From Octopus sinensis (lineage: Eukaryota): a stretch of DNA of 9,443 bases. The translations under genes and the position numbers were made by a program. The number at the start of each line of letters is the position of its first letter. The stretch's first letter is position 1. Shown piece by piece: positions 8,911 through 9,443 of this stretch. Location of the stretch: positions 1 to 9,443 of the forward strand of contig NW_021827946.1 in NCBI RefSeq assembly GCF_006345805.1, read 5' to 3'. The notes under the pieces are model-generated. The model ran no database searches, had not been told where the DNA came from, and was given only the letters and a program-made list of their open reading frames with translations.

Positions 8911-9173
8911 GACAACGAGGATGATGCTGATGCCGATGCTGATGATGATGAAGAGGAAGAGGTTGACGACGACTCTGACGCCGATGGTGATTATGATAAT
9001 GACGACGACGATGACGACGATGATGATGACGATGATGACGACAGTGATTTTGAAAACGCTGATGAAAATGATGATGATGATGACGTTGATGGAGATGATT
9101 ATGTCGACAACGACGACATCAACGATGATGAGGAGGACGACGACGATGTAAACGATGATGATGATGATGATAA

Positions 9174-9210
<37 letters not shown>

Positions 9211-9230
9211 GATGACGATGATGATGATGG

Positions 9231-9271
<41 letters not shown>

Positions 9272-9350
9272 GTGGTGGTGATGATTTTGATGGTGATGAT
9301 GATGATGATGGTGATGATGGTGGTGGTGGTGATGATGATGATGATGATGA
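8911..9350. repeat. Degenerate (GAT/GAC/GGT)n trinucleotide array
   Basis: About 440 bp of in-phase GAN-type triplets, more diverged in the 5' half. Confidence 0.9.
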
Positions 9351-9443
9351 AGAAAGATATGTTGGTCCTGCTGGGAGTAGCAATCACTACAAGAAGTTTT
9401 GAGATTATTCTTTTGTATGTATATATATGTATGTGCCTTTGAA

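Overview
AT-rich, microsatellite-dense non-coding animal DNA. The SINE families and repeat landscape suggest an octopus-type cephalopod, which is an inference. No host protein-coding gene is supported, and almost all ORF-track entries are translated microsatellites. The window holds five tRNA-derived SINE copies or fragments and a 588-bp internally deleted Tc1/mariner-superfamily element (4095-4682) with TIRs and TA target duplication. The main result is three minimal type I hammerhead-ribozyme-like motifs. One lies at 1912-1963 with a CCGAUGA core. The other two have a compensatory G3:C8 core (GUGAACA) and point in opposite directions inside a 338-bp insertion (8236-8573). That insertion contains a 128-bp inverted repeat and is flanked by a perfect 12-bp direct repeat, an architecture that fits a Penelope-like (pLTR) or retrozyme-type non-autonomous retroelement. 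Ribozyme activity is predicted from motif only.
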